Shown here: positions 24,501-36,791 of the stretch, piece by piece
Layout of the letters: every line of letters starts with the position of its first letter
How positions within the stretch are numbered: the stretch's first letter is position 1
Assembly: GCA_002189035.1 (NCBI GenBank)
Contig: NEEC01000008.1
Span: 620,001 to 684,000 of the forward strand
Direction: 5' to 3'
Length of the DNA: 64,000 bases
From: Utricularia gibba
Taxonomy: Eukaryota; Plantae; Magnoliophyta
The notes under the pieces: model-generated
What the model saw: the letters and a program-made list of their open reading frames with translations, nothing else
Database searches by the model: none
Told to the model about the DNA's origin: nothing
Made by a program: the position numbers and the translations under genes

Positions 24501-25725
24501 CTCTTGTTTTCTTTATCTCGGTTTCATTTTTATTTTTCCCTATTCCTTTTCCTGGGTGGTGAGTGACATTTGCGCCTGTGCAGGTTGAAGACTACTGCCT
24601 GAACAGCAGCTTTTTTCCCTTTATTGTTGCAGAGAAGGATGTCTGTGCAGCAATCTGTGATCTGGAGAAGATTATTGATGTCGACTCAGAAAATTTAGAT
24701 CCTGATAAAACTGAAGCTAGAAATCAAGCTTTGAACTTTGTGCATGAGATGGGATGGCTTCTGCACAAAAATAGCTTGATTTTGAGAGTGGGTGCAATGA
24801 GAGATGACGTGGATCTCTTTTCCTTCAGACGCTTCAAGTACCTAATTGAATTCGCCATAGATCATGGTTGGCCTGCGGTGGTGAGGAAGCTTTTGAATGT
24901 TGTCTTTGATGGAACTGTGGATATGGGGAAAGGCACTTCTGCTGTCGCTGCACTATTAGACCTTGGCCTTCTCCACCGTGCAGCTCGAACAAACAGCATA
25001 CCGGTGGTCAAACTTCTGTTAGAGTATCGATCAACTAGAAGAATTGCAGATGCCCATAAACAAACTGATTGTAGCAGTTTTTTGTTCATGCCGGATTCCA
25101 CTGGCCCTGTGGGCTGACTCCTCTTCACATTGCGGCTGGTTTAGATGACGCTCATGATCTAATCGATGCACTAACTGAAGACCCCCAGTCGGTATACCTC
25201 TATTTCCTGCTGTTGCTTTTGCTGTCTCCTTAAATACTTGATGCACAGAGTGCTCATGAGGGCTCATTTTGGCAGGTTGGAATTGGAGCATGGAACAGTG
25301 TTCGAGACCACTCGGGGTTAACTCCGCATGACTACGCCTGTCTGCGTGGTCACTACTCCTACACCCATCTGGTTCAAAAGAAACAACTTTCGAAGAAACA
25401 TGGTGGCCATGTAGTGATAGATGTTCCAGGTACCCAACTAGATGTTGCCATAACCAAACAGAAAATGGCAGGCGTAAGCAGCAAGATGGCGGTATTCCGT
25501 ACAGAGAAGACTATGGGCGAGATGATGAGTTGCAGCAAGTGTGAGCAGATGATGTCGTATGGAAGCCCGAAACCATCTGTAGCTCTATACAGACCCGCCA
25601 TGTTGTCGATGGTTTTGATTGCCGCTGTGTGCGTGTGTGCTGCGTTGCTTTTCAAGTCCTCCCCAGAAGTTGTGTACTTGTTCCGGCCGTTCCGGTGGGA
25701 GCTGCTCAAGTACGGGGCTGAATAA
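21577..25725 (+). CDS. Squamosa promoter-binding-like protein of the SPL1/SPL12 clade (SBP, ankyrin-like and C-terminal TM); apparent frameshifts at 23279-23282 and 25111-25113
   Basis: [15 protein letters not shown] domain [31 protein letters not shown]|[29 protein letters not shown]|[35 protein letters not shown], and C-terminal [36 protein letters not shown]. Confidence 0.92.
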
Positions 25726-26299
25726 TGGAGGAGGCCACTGTAAGTGTTGTGTGATGCCGATTACAGAAAACCCATAAACGTGGAACTGTATGTCCACTTC
25801 TCCTCCACATGTTCCCTTTACAGGAATAGACTCGCTTCCATGGACAAGCCACTGATTTGTATCGCGCGAGAAGAAATGTATCGAGAGCAGAGCAGGCTCC
25901 GGCGCTACAGCCAGAGATAGAACAAGATCGCCACGGCGACGTTCCACGTAATAATCAGTAATTACAAGAATCTATTTCTTAAGTGGTTTTTTTGCTGAAT
26001 TAATAGTATTTTTTGGATTAATTACTAGTTCAAAATATCTTTTAATGACAAAACTATGTTGGGCCTTCTTCCATGGATCAAGCTACTAATTTCATCTGGG
26101 CCTTCTGAGAACGTCGGTTCAGCTCCTCCCTTCCCTCCTCTAGTCCTCTTGTTGCTGCACTCATCCATCATGGGCTTTCTGTAATTGCTGGGGATAAGAG
26201 GAATCTGACGACGTGCACTTGGGCTCCTCCCCTCCCTCCCTCCCTCCCTCCGTTCGTTGCCGTCTTCCGGTGAATCATTCCTTATTTTTCGTTACGCAA

Positions 26300-28093
26300 A
26301 TGGAGTCCATGGTCTCCGGGAAGCAATTCCAGTGTAATGTTTTCTCGTTTCGTCATGATACGAGTAGGAGAGTCTCCGGAGGACGGAGGGATGGAATTTC
26401 ATGCTGTTCAAAATCATCGGCTGCGGATAGACTGACGGTGAAGAAGCAGTTAGTAAGGAGGAGGAGAAACCGTTGTGGGGCTGAGGTGTGGGCTACTTCA
26501 CGTGTGGAGGCGTTTGGTTCTAATAACGGGATGACGCTTTTGAATGTCGACGGAAGTGCGCGTGACAAAATCCAAGGAAATTCATCTCGTAGTTTCGAGG
26601 AATTCGAGAGTAACCAGAACCTCCGCCGTTTGGTTAGGAATGGGGAGTTGGATGAAGGGTTTAAGCATCTTGAAAACATGGTTTCCCGTGGTGGAGTTCC
26701 TGATATTATCCCCTGTACGAGTTTGATTCGTGGGTTTTGCAGACTAAGAAAAACGAGGAAGGCTGCTAGAGTTATGGAGATTCTTGAGAACTCTGGGGCT
26801 GCTCCTGATGTCATAACATACAATGTGTTGATCGGTGGGTATTGCAAATCAGGGGAGACACGGAATGCAATAGAACTCCTGAACAGGATGAACGTTGACC
26901 CTGATGTGGTAACCTATAATACTGTTCTTCGTGCATTGTGTAGTAGAGGGAATCTGGATCAAGCCATGGAGGTTGTTGACCGAATGCTGATGAAAGAATG
27001 TTATCCTGATGTGATAACTTATACAATTTTAATCGAAGCCACCTGCAAGGAATGTGGTGTGGAACAGGCTATGAAGCTCTTGGATGAAATGAGTAGCAGA
27101 GGCTGTAAGCCAGATGTAGTGACTTACAACGTCCTCATAAATGGAATATGCAAGGAAGGGAAATTGGATGATGCGCTCAAGTTCTTGAGTAACATGGCAT
27201 CATATGGCTGCCAACCTAATGTTATCACCCACAATATTGTCCTGCGAAGTATGTGCAGTACAGGGAGGTGGATGGATGCTGAGAAACTGCTGGCGGATAT
27301 GCTTCGTAAAGGTTGCTCTCCCAGCGTAGTTACATTCAACATTTTGATCAACTTCTTGTGCAGGAAAGGTTTAATGGAGCGAGCTATTGATATCTTAGAG
27401 AAAATGCCTGAACATGGGTGCAACCCCAACTCCCTGAGCTATAACCCACTGCTACACGGTTTCTGCAAAGAGAAGAACATGGATAGGGCCATTGAGTATT
27501 TAGAGTTGATGGTTTCTCGTGGGTGTTACCCTGATATTGTGACTTATAACACAATGCTTACTGCGTTATGCAAAGATGGGAAGGTTGATCTAGCAGTCAT
27601 GATTCTCAGTCAGCTGAGCAGCAAGGGTTGTTCACCAGTTCTCATCACCTACAATACGGTGATAGATGGGCTATCCAAAATGGGGAAAACAGAACAAGCT
27701 ATGGAACTGCTACATGAAATGCGGGAAAGAGGTCTGAAACCAGACGTGATCACCTACTCATCACTTGTTTCGGGGCTCAGTAGGGAGGGAAAAGTAGAAG
27801 AATCCATCATGTTGCTTAAGGAGGTTGAAGCTATGGGTATTCGACCAAATGTAAACATCTACAATTCCATCATGCTAGGCCTGTGTAAGGTTCGAGAGAC
27901 ACATCGAGCCATTGATTTCTTGGAGTACCTGGTGGCCCAAGGATGCAAACCTACTGAATCTACTTACACAATTCTTATAGAAGGTCTTGTCTACGAAGGC
28001 TTCTCCAAGGAAGCTTTGGAGTTGTTAGATGAGCTGTGCGCTATAGGAGTTGTCAAGAAAACTACCCTTGACCAGGTGGCTGTTAAACTGTAG
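26300..28093 (+). CDS. P-class pentatricopeptide repeat protein (At1g09900-like), intronless
   Basis: Uninterrupted ORF with more than 10 canonical 35-aa repeats (PDVVTYNVLINGICKEGK etc.) after a transit-peptide-like N-terminus. Start taken at ATG 26300. Confidence 0.93.
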   Translation: MESMVSGKQFQCNVFSFRHDTSRRVSGGRRDGISCCSKSSAADRLTVKKQLVRRRRNRCGAEVWATSRVEAFGSNNGMTLLNVDGSARDKIQGNSSRSFEEFESNQNLRRLVRNGELDEGFKHLENMVSRGGVPDIIPCTSLIRGFCRLRKTRKAARVMEILENSGAAPDVITYNVLIGGYCKSGETRNAIELLNRMNVDPDVVTYNTVLRALCSRGNLDQAMEVVDRMLMKECYPDVITYTILIEATCKECGVEQAMKLLDEMSSRGCKPDVVTYNVLINGICKEGKLDDALKFLSNMASYGCQPNVITHNIVLRSMCSTGRWMDAEKLLADMLRKGCSPSVVTFNILINFLCRKGLMERAIDILEKMPEHGCNPNSLSYNPLLHGFCKEKNMDRAIEYLELMVSRGCYPDIVTYNTMLTALCKDGKVDLAVMILSQLSSKGCSPVLITYNTVIDGLSKMGKTEQAMELLHEMRERGLKPDVITYSSLVSGLSREGKVEESIMLLKEVEAMGIRPNVNIYNSIMLGLCKVRETHRAIDFLEYLVAQGCKPTESTYTILIEGLVYEGFSKEALELLDELCAIGVVKKTTLDQVAVKL

Positions 28094-28301
28094 ACTCAAT
28101 GACTTCTGTGTTGGCTTTGCTTATTTTAGCCGTTTGTTAGAAAAAACAAAGAACATGAGTGCAGTGTATGAACACCAAATGCGTTTTTAATAGCTCACAT
28201 CAAATATGTATATTTATTCTATAATGATGATTACTCTCATGCTCTTCTAGTGTATGAACCACAAGGATTCTATGCTTGAGCTCCCCAGAAGCACCTACTC
28301 T

Positions 28302-29467
28302 TTAAGCAGCTGGTGCTGCGGTAACAAAATTAACATATCTGGCTTCTTGCCTCGATTCCTTCTCTGCCTGAAGGTCCAAAGACACGTCCGTGTACACATC
28401 CCACCATCTTTTCACCAGCATTCTGATGTCTTGTCTTCGCATGTTCTCTTCCCTCCCAGTGAATCTCCATGGCCTTGATCCCTGCAAACCCAAACCAGAG
28501 GAAGGAGTTCAGCACTGCAATGACTGTTAACATCACTTGTTCTGATTGGAGACCAGACTTAACTGTTGCGCAGTAGTGAACGACCTTCACATTGTCCAGA
28601 TGGATGTTTTCAGGGTGTCGCCAGAGCATCGGCAAAACGAGGTTGTACATTGAAGGGATGGGCCTGTACACATCCTTGAAGAACATGTTCAGAAGATCCT
28701 GCACGGCAGAGCAACAGTGATGTCAATCAGTGCTACAACATAAAGAAAGTTGCCTGATTTACCTGCTCTGCAAAGGGGGTAGGAGGAGTGGCCTTGAGAG
28801 TGTGTAGAAGATCGTTGTAAGTGGAAATACTTGGCTCAAAGACAAACATCCCCGCGTTGAAGTAAAGAGATGGTGGAGATCCCAACTCAGACCACCAGGG
28901 AACCTTCTTTGGGCACTGCTGGCAGTAACCAATCTTGTATTGAGGGGTGCAGCTCCACGTTTTCTCGCAGAAGCAGTCCATGACAGCATAGAAGTAGCCA
29001 TTCTCTGTGTCGAAGAGGTGGTCGATGTTGCTGAAGACTTGGATATCCCCATCCAGGTATATCATCTTGGTGTACTCCACAAACTGGTAGCAGACCCCCA
29101 AGTGATCAGATGTTGATGAAAGTCAGAAAAACAAGCAGCAGCAGCAGCAATTGGTTACCTCCCAGATTCGAAGTTTGGAATAGTTGATGACATAGTATGC
29201 CATGGCAAATCGCGTGCTGTTCTCGGGAGGATAAACAGGTTGGATCTCAGTGACGATGCATCCCTGAGAGGCTAAGATTTTCCGGTGGCTTTGTGGAACA
29301 TCCGGTAGAACAGCGACGACGAGAGGGTACTTGGACTTCACCTTCCTCAGGCCCTTTGCCAAGCCGACAACTCCTTTAACATAGTCTCCGTTCCCGGCCA
29401 AGAACGTGACATAAGCCCTTTTGTCATTCAGCAACTCAGAACTCTCTCCAGCCTCGATTCCTGTCAT
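28302..29467 (-). CDS. GolS: Galactinol synthase (GT8), 4 exons
   Basis: RAYVTFLAGNGDYVKGVVGLAKGLRK, YYVINYSKLRIWE|FVEYTKMIYLDGDIQVF, YFNAGMFVFEP, FAEQ|DLLNMFF, VVHYCA|GSRPWRF, ending TAAPAA*. Confidence 0.95.
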
Positions 29468-30377
29468 GGCAAGTGGTATCAGACACGAGCCGACGAGTAC
29501 GGACAACGAAATATACTATTCAGTTGCAGCCTGGTTTGAGGAGAAAGCTGCTCCCTATATAGTTGAAATACAGAGATAAGGCGTGCACGTAGAAAATGCG
29601 TACAGAAAACATGATGCGAAAGAAGGAGATGCATCAGGATCGAATATGCTTCAAAAAGAAGATAGCATTCTTTTATGGGTCTCATCCCTTTGAACTTTGC
29701 ATCTTTATTCCTTGTCCAGTCCCCTCTTCTTCTTCACCCTCAAAACAAAAACAAAAAAAAAAGGCGTTAGGATTTTTTTAGTTGGTAATGCTAAGCCTCC
29801 ACCTCCCTCCGTCAACTTCATCCTCAGTTAAAACGGGTGCGTCCATCTTGGAATCTCAGGGGAACTTGTCTCGACCTCCATGGACCTCATAAAATGATGC
29901 TTCAGCGCTCAAAATGAGTGATTGATTGATTACACGACATTCAGCTATGCTAATCAACGCTTCAAAATAAGTACAGAATAATGCAAATTCAAGAATCTGT
30001 GCTCCAGTCCAATAGTGTGGGCTCAACTTCAACCAGTCAGACGGTGATGCTCGTGTGTTTTTAGTATTAATGTGCAGGCACGCCAGGAGGTGAAATCAGT
30101 TGATTCCCCTGAAGTCCCACATCAAATTTGGATGGAGTAGGATGCATTCCAAGCCTCCTGAGCCACCTGCAATCCTCACTGGTTTTATTCTATAATCTGC
30201 ATAACCCATTACTCAAGTTTAAGTTGCGTTTAAGGTTTGAGAATTGTGGGAAAGAATGAAAACGGAGGTTCAAAGAGGTACACGGAAGCAGATAAAGACC
30301 ACAACATAAGGTTTCTTTTTTTTTTTTTTTTCTTTTTGGTTTCCTCGTTGGTTGAGATCGGACAACCGTCGTGAGTT

Positions 30378-30474
30378 CATGCAGACAGGTGTGTGCACAT
30401 AACAGGTGCGTGTGTTTGTCATCACATTACGGTTGATGGGGCTTGGCCTATAAAACCCCGCATTGCGTTGCATG
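30378..30474 (+). promoter_or_regulatory. Proximal promoter of PCC13-62: TATA box and RY-type motifs
   Basis: CATGCA at 30378-30383, two CAGGTG E-boxes, TATAAAA at 30449-30455 and TGCATG at 30469-30474, within 150 bp upstream of ATG 30519. Confidence 0.5.
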
Positions 30475-30518
30475 TTGGCATCGCAGTGCCTGCCTGAGAT
30501 CGTGTTGTCATCTGCAGA

Positions 30519-31595
30519 ATGACTCATCACCGATCGCTCCTCATGCTCCTTCTGGTTCTTGGCTGCAGTGGGAGACAATATCCTTCTCTTCCCACGTCCG
30601 ACGTTGAGAATCTCGAATTCCCACTCAATTTGGAGTATCTGGAGGCGGAGTTCTTTTCCTATGCCTCTTTCGGCGTCGGGCTCGACCACCTCGCCCCGGA
30701 ACTCACCAACGGCGGCCCTCCGCCTCTGGGGCCGGAGAAGGCTCGACTCACCCCTTTCGTAAACGACATCATCCAACAATTTGCACTCCAAGAATTCGGC
30801 CATTTGAGGTAGGTGCCCCTGTCTCCTCGCCCCCCACAGATCGGTTTCAGAGCATGCGTGTCGTCTGGCTTAGCTTTCCTGTTCGATCGATTGAAGGGCG
30901 ATTCTGAGCACTGTTCCCGGATTCCCTCGTCCGCTGATGAATCTCAGTGCCACGTCGTTCGCCACCGTCATCAACAACGCCTTCGAGAAGCCGCTGCATC
31001 CACCCTTCGATCCCTACGCCAACGATATCAACTACCTGATCGCCTCCTACATCATCCCCTACGTCGGACTCACCGGATACGTCGGAGCAAATCCCAATCT
31101 CCAAACTAAACTCTCCCGACGGGTTGGAATTTCCTGCTGACATCTGTTAGTTACTGGTTTCCGTTCTTCAAATTTGCAATGAATCATCTTTTCCGTTCCC
31201 TGTCCAAGCTTCAGGTGGTGGCGGGGCTCCTGGGCATGGAGTCAGGGCAGGATGCTGTCATTAGGACGCTGTTGTACGAGAAGGCCCTCCTGAAGGTGCA
31301 CCCTTATAACATCACCGTCGCCGAGTTCACTAACCGGATTTCCGACCTCAGAGACAGACTGGGGCGAAAGGGATTGAAGGACGAGGGTCTGATAGTGCCG
31401 CCGGAGCTTGGCGCCGAGGGCAAAATCTGTGGCAACGTCCTCGCCGGCAACAACTATTCTCTATCCTATGCACGGACACCTGCAGAAATTCTAAGGATTG
31501 TCTATGGCACTGGTGATGAGCGTAAGCCTGGGGGATTCTATCCCAAGGGGGCCGATGGCCACATCGCCAGGTCCTACTTGGGGGCGATGGAGTGA
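30519..31595 (+). CDS. Desiccation-related protein PCC13-62 family (ferritin-like fold), 3 exons
   Basis: DVENLEFPLNLEYLEAEFF, QFALQEFGHLR|AI..GFPRPLMNLS, PFDPYANDINYLIASYIIPYVGLTGYVG, VAGLLGMESGQDAVIR, SYARTPAEILRIVYGTG..PGGFYPKGADG. Confidence 0.93.
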
Positions 31596-31951
31596 AGCCC
31601 AAGGCACGTCGACTGTCTCAAGAGTCGTTCAACTGAGAAAAGACTCAATCTTGGAGCATGCAATGGAATCCATATACTTACTTCACTACCGATGGAATGA
31701 GTAAATAAGTGCTTTTTGGATTTGTGGAAATGAGGAGTCAGTGGGTTGAAAAAAGAAAAAAGCAATGCACTGAAGACAAGTCCCGCTGAGGGTACAGAAT
31801 GCTAAAACCCTGCCTAAACAAACCAAGGCGTCGAAAACTATAATTTAACAGCTTCCATTCCCAAGGCAAAGTGATGGATCTGATCTACGCAGAGTCAAAA
31901 GTAGAAGGATTTAGGGAGGAGGAGGCTAACTTGGGTGTGGATGATGATCTA

Positions 31952-33151
31952 CTAGCGTTTGGGAGGTCTCTCGTCATCTTCACCATCACCATCATCATCA
32001 TCATCTGAATCAGCTTTGCCACTGGGTCTCTTCCTCTTTGGCGGTGCCTCGACCTTCCCTTCATCGTCATCGCTATCATCCTCTTCGTCGTTTTCGTAAT
32101 CTTCTCCACCATTCTCTCGTGGTTCAAAATCACTCAAGTCTTCCTCGTCTTCAGCACGGCCGACGGGTCTGACCAGGTACTCTGTCCCTAGATCCTCCTG
32201 TGGATTAAACCACGAAGGTGAAATAAAGTAACCCCTAAGTGGGACGGATGGTTATACGATAGGGGATTTGAGGGTTACCTCTTCTTGGCTTTCCAAATCG
32301 TCATCATCTTCATCGCCATCATCCGCTTCTCCATCTTCGTTCTCATCATCATCATCTACCAACATAATGGGCTGTTGTCTGCTGCTCCCACCAGCACCAT
32401 TCTTCAGCACATCTTGCTCCTCACCCTCGTCATCAACCTCGCCTCCTTCTATTTCTTCTCGGTCATCATCAACGCCAATATCCTACCAAAAAAATTTACC
32501 ACTCCATGGAATTGGTCATTTCGTTCTGGTCGCAAAATCATTCGCATGAAAGTGGTTAACAGAAAAAAAAAAAAAACCAAATTTGGAACTTCAAGAAAAA
32601 AATGGTGCTTCCTCGAACTGTAAAAAGGTGAGACTCATAGTGGCGAACTTCTCAAATATTTTACACTGGAAAAAAAAAAAAGATGTATCCCCAAAGGTAC
32701 TGACAACCGATAGACCCTGGAAACCCTAGAGAAAGAAAAAAAAAATTGCGCAAAATAGGAAGCAAGCAAGAACATCAGATCTGAAGGAATTCACCTAGGG
32801 CTTAACTTCAATAACAAGTAGGGGCACCAAAAACCGAAACTTGGACATCACTCTACCAAAAAAGCGCGATTCGAGAATAATAGCAGCATACCTCTTCCTC
32901 ATCTTCCTCATCGTCGTCGTCGTCGTCGTCGTCATCATCGTCGTCGTCGTCGTCACCGTCCCATCTTCATTTTCTCCGTCTCCATCCTCTTCATCGTCAT
33001 CAACGGATGTGATAGCCGGCTCTCTGGCGCCGCCGGTGCCGTTAAAAACTTCCTCCTCTTCCTCGTCGTCCACCTCATCCTCTACATCATCGGCGTCATC
33101 TTCACCATCGCTATCACGCTCAACTAGTTTATCTTCCTCAAGAACAGCCAT
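31952..33151 (-). CDS. Highly acidic (D/E-rich) nuclear protein, 3 exons; apparent frameshift at 32960-32962
   Basis: D/E tracts, conserved-looking EDLGTEYLVRPVGRAEDEEDLSDFEP motif and NLS-like PPKRKR/RPPKR*; GT-AG splice sites support three exons. Confidence 0.8.
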
Positions 33152-33290
33152 ACTTTCGATCAACTTTGGATTTTCAAAATTCAGCGAATTCTGATTCTGA
33201 GGATGAAGGGAAAGAGGAAGCACAGAGAGAGTTGCTTGGTTGAAGCAAGGTGATCTCCACCGTTGAATCGAGAATCCACATGAATCGATG

Positions 33291-33450
33291 ACGTGTCACA
33301 TAATCCAACGGTGGAAAGGCCACGGGGGTGTATTTTCTCACGGCGGGCATATTCGTTGGCTAGTCACGTGGTTCCCGCGTGGACGCCTCTAGGGTTTGCA
33401 AACCGTGTGGGCCCATCAGAAGGCCCATTTATATTGGGCCTATATGGGCC
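33291..33450 (-). promoter_or_regulatory. Site II/telo-box/G-box promoter of the acidic-protein gene
   Basis: ACGTGTC at 33291, CACGTG at 33365, TAGGGTTT at 33390-33397, and TGGGCC/GGCCCA at 33408, 33422, 33435 and 33445. Confidence 0.65.
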
Positions 33451-33663
33451 CACAAAAAAGGTCTCCCCGCTTCTACGGCGATTTGTTCAGACATCCCTCC
33501 CTCCCTGCCTGAGTGCCATTGTTGTTGGTTGAGTTTTCTCGTTGACAAAAGCGTGTACAAACTTAAAGTTACAGACGCAACATGCCCACATATTTCCATC
33601 ATCCAGAGAGAAAAAGGGAGCGGGAGATACGGCGGTCGAAGCTCCTGGAGGATTCCAATGGGG

Positions 33664-33706
33664 CACTCTTTGGAACTTACCGGCGGTTGGTAAGTTCCAA
33701 AGAGTG
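33664..33706. other. Perfect 18-bp inverted repeat with 7-nt loop
   Basis: cactctttggaacttacc-ggcggtt-ggtaagttccaaagagtg; the arms are exact reverse complements. Confidence 0.95.
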
Positions 33707-33869
33707 ACGCTCGAGGATGGCACCCTGACATGAACATCCACGGTTAACAGAAGATTCAAAAAGTGTATAAAAGACAAAAATGCATGGCTGTGCTTCTATG
33801 AAGTTGTGGACTACCAGAAAATCAGTGAACTAGCACACTCCTCTTGTGTTTGGATGTCGCCCCAAAGAT

Positions 33870-34358
33870 TTAACGATGAGCTTCGGATGCAACTTGAAAA
33901 AAGATCACGGCGCAAAAGAGAATGGTGAAGAGCGTGGCCATCAAGTTGCCTGCAGATGCGGTTGATGAAGAAGATGCTTTTGCTGCCTTCATTTTCTCCA
34001 GAGCATATTTTCTCCTCTCAATTCGGGCGCGCTTGATTTTGGTGATCTCGGAGATCTCCCTTATAAGCTTTTCATCAGCTGCATCCAGAGACAGTAAGCC
34101 TCTAGGAGGACGAGGAGGTTTGGGAGGCTTCTTGGTATTGTGAGGCATGCACTTTCCCTTATTTGGTTTCTCATCCGCGCCCATGGGACATCCGCTGGCG
34201 CTCTTCAGGTCAACGGAAAGGATCAGTTCATCCGCCTTCTTAGGTGCACCACAGGCATTAAGGTCAGAAACATCATAGCTTTGAGCTCCTTTGGTTATAC
34301 ACAGAGAGCTATCGATGTAGATAACAACTTCCCCTGGTTCGAGTTGCGTATCATCCAT
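33870..34358 (-). CDS. Uncharacterised plant protein with KPPKPPRPP motif and C-terminal TM helix (At3g17120-like); 3' end uncertain
   Basis: KKPPKPPRPPRG..SLDAADEKLIREISE..KRARIERR..KAAKASSS..NLMATLFTILFCAVIFFQ. A further 3' exon may follow a donor at ~33893. Confidence 0.75.
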   Translation of the reverse strand: MDDTQLEPGEVVIYIDSSLCITKGAQSYDVSDLNACGAPKKADELILSVDLKSASGCPMGADEKPNKGKCMPHNTKKPPKPPRPPRGLLSLDAADEKLIREISEITKIKRARIERRKYALEKMKAAKASSSSTASAGNLMATLFTILFCAVIFFQVASEAHR

Positions 34359-36791
34359 TACCTTCTCGTCTTCCCCAGTTCACAACAACCTTGACTCCTA
34401 AAACTAGAACATAATACCAGGCTCGCATGAAAGCTCAGAAAAGTAGAGAACAGAACCGGAAGAAACAAGGACATTAAACGAAGCAATGGAATATAGCTAC
34501 AGAATCCACCAGAAGTTGCGATTTTTAGAACTAGGCACAGAACAAATCCCCAAAAGTTGCGATTTTAAACCAGAAATGAGTTGAGCCCCAAGGAAAGAAG
34601 GAAAACCCAGATCTCCAACGGCTAATTAAGTAAGCAAAATCCCAATTGGAGCCTACAAATGTGTAACAGAAGTATGACTGACAAACCTACCTCAGGAACT
34701 TCTCTTAATCTCGATTTTCAGAGTCCGTGGACAGCATTGACTTAGAACAGATGCTAGAGAAGAACAACATCTGGAGTCATCTGCAGCGGGAGTGATGGAG
34801 AAAGAGACCTGCTCGGTGCTACTATTTCAAATTATCCGTTTGCTCTTCAGTTCTTCTTCTTCTTCTCTCCACCGACACACCTCCTGGAGGACATTGCGCC
34901 CAAATATCAGAAGAAACCACCCTTCCACAATCATTTTTTATTACTAGGACGTAGTTTAAAAATAATAATAATAATAATTTAGAATTAATTCTTACTTTTA
35001 TTACCCAAAATGATTTTAAAAAATAAATTAAATAAACCTTCATTTTTATTAGAGTGTGATTAGATGATTTCATTAATAGCATATTTAAATTATTTATATT
35101 TTAATAAACATATATTATATAATTATCATTAAGCTTATTTTTAAATTTTATTATGTTAAATAGATATAGCTATAAGAAAATAGTAAATATCTCAATTACT
35201 GTTTAAAAAATCAAGATTGACTTTATAATTAGATTTAATAAGTGTTCTGAAAACTTTTTGAATGTTATTTTTACTTTTGAAAGAATAAAAAGTAAAAATA
35301 TAAAATTTTTAAATAAGTAGAAATGGAAATGATTTATTATGAAAAAATTGATTAATGAAGATCGGGAGCTTAAGAGTGAAAAACATTTTCGGAAATTTGA
35401 GGATAAAAATAGAAATAAAAAATAAAAGTAGCTATTTTCTTATTTTTAATTCTATCTCATTTTTCATTATATCCAAAAATATTTTGTCAAAAGCAGAAAT
35501 AAAAATAAAACTTATACTGCACCAAATTATTTTTGATAAACACAGAAGTAATGATCGTACTCAAAATTTTTCAGAACAAAATTTTAGTTCAATTTAATTC
35601 CATTGTACAAAAATTCGATCCAAAATTGTGAGTAAATATATATATATGTATATTTGTGAAATTTATTTTCAAAACATTGATCCTGATTCCCAACTAGTGT
35701 ATCTGATACGTGGTATTAGATTATAAATATTAATAAGTACATCAAAATTTCATATTTCCTATATACAATAAAATTTATGAAGAATTAGAATTTAAATTTG
35801 ATATCCATATCTCACTTTTCATTTGATATTTTAATCGTTCATTTATTTTTTATTTATATAAAAAATTATAAGAGCATAATTTGTTTTCGTATAAATAAAA
35901 TATTTTTTTCATGATACGTACAATTTATCGATCAAACATATTTCATTTCATTGAAAAAAAAAATACATTCTTTGTAAGCATCATTTGGGCGGACGGCTGA
36001 CCACTGAACCAGGAAATGCATCTGGGCCCGAGCCCAAAGGTTCCAGACGTGGAGTGCTGATCGATGGATCAAATGGGTCACAGCGTCACCAGCCCGGGCC
36101 GTGAAGAAGGAGGGCTGAACTGAACTGTTTCGAGTGTCCATGGGAATTAGGGCTGGTAAACATTTCCGCAGGGATGGAGTAGCATAGAAAATTTATAGAT
36201 TAACCATGGCGAATCTGCAGGATTCTAACCCAAGCTGGGTTATAGTAAACTGACTTGGTCTCAAGCCTTTTAGCATCATGCCCAGATTGTGTTGTGTCGT
36301 AATCCCTTGGTCCACCACCGAACTCGGACTTCAAGATGCATTCTGCAACATGCCATGCTCTCCCATGAACACCCAAGAACGGGAAATGTAGAAGAACACC
36401 CCATGAGATGGGATTAAAACATGGTTTTTTTGGATTGGTATGCAGCTATATCTTGTGGTTGAGGAGGGATTATGCTGCAAAGGGAAGATGTCAGTTTGAT
36501 TCCTTTGATATTCAAACTTGTCGTTCCATCAGACTGGTTGGAATCTGAAATAGTGCAGGGAGTCTGAGAAACCCTAACCCTAAAGTCATGTAGACTGAAC
36601 ACATTCCGCCTGAAAGTCAGGGAGTTGTTAATATGGGGCTTCCAGGTCATGCTGGATGAACATTTTAGGTAAGAGTTCTAGGAATTTCTGAAGTGGGTTC
36701 ACATACAAGAACACCAATCTCCAAAAGTAGTCAAGATTTTGACGTGCCAACGAACAAAAACAAAAAAGAGAGATGAATTACTGCTTGCTGA

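Noticed and set aside
32268-33194. Plus-strand Ser/Ile/Val-rich ORFs (32268-32549, 32285-32623, 32841-33194)
   Set aside because: Antisense shadows of the GAT/GAC/GAA repeats encoding the acidic protein.
36569-36584. AAACCCTAACCCTAAA as an interstitial telomere
   Set aside because: Only about two imperfect units; telo-box-sized and common.
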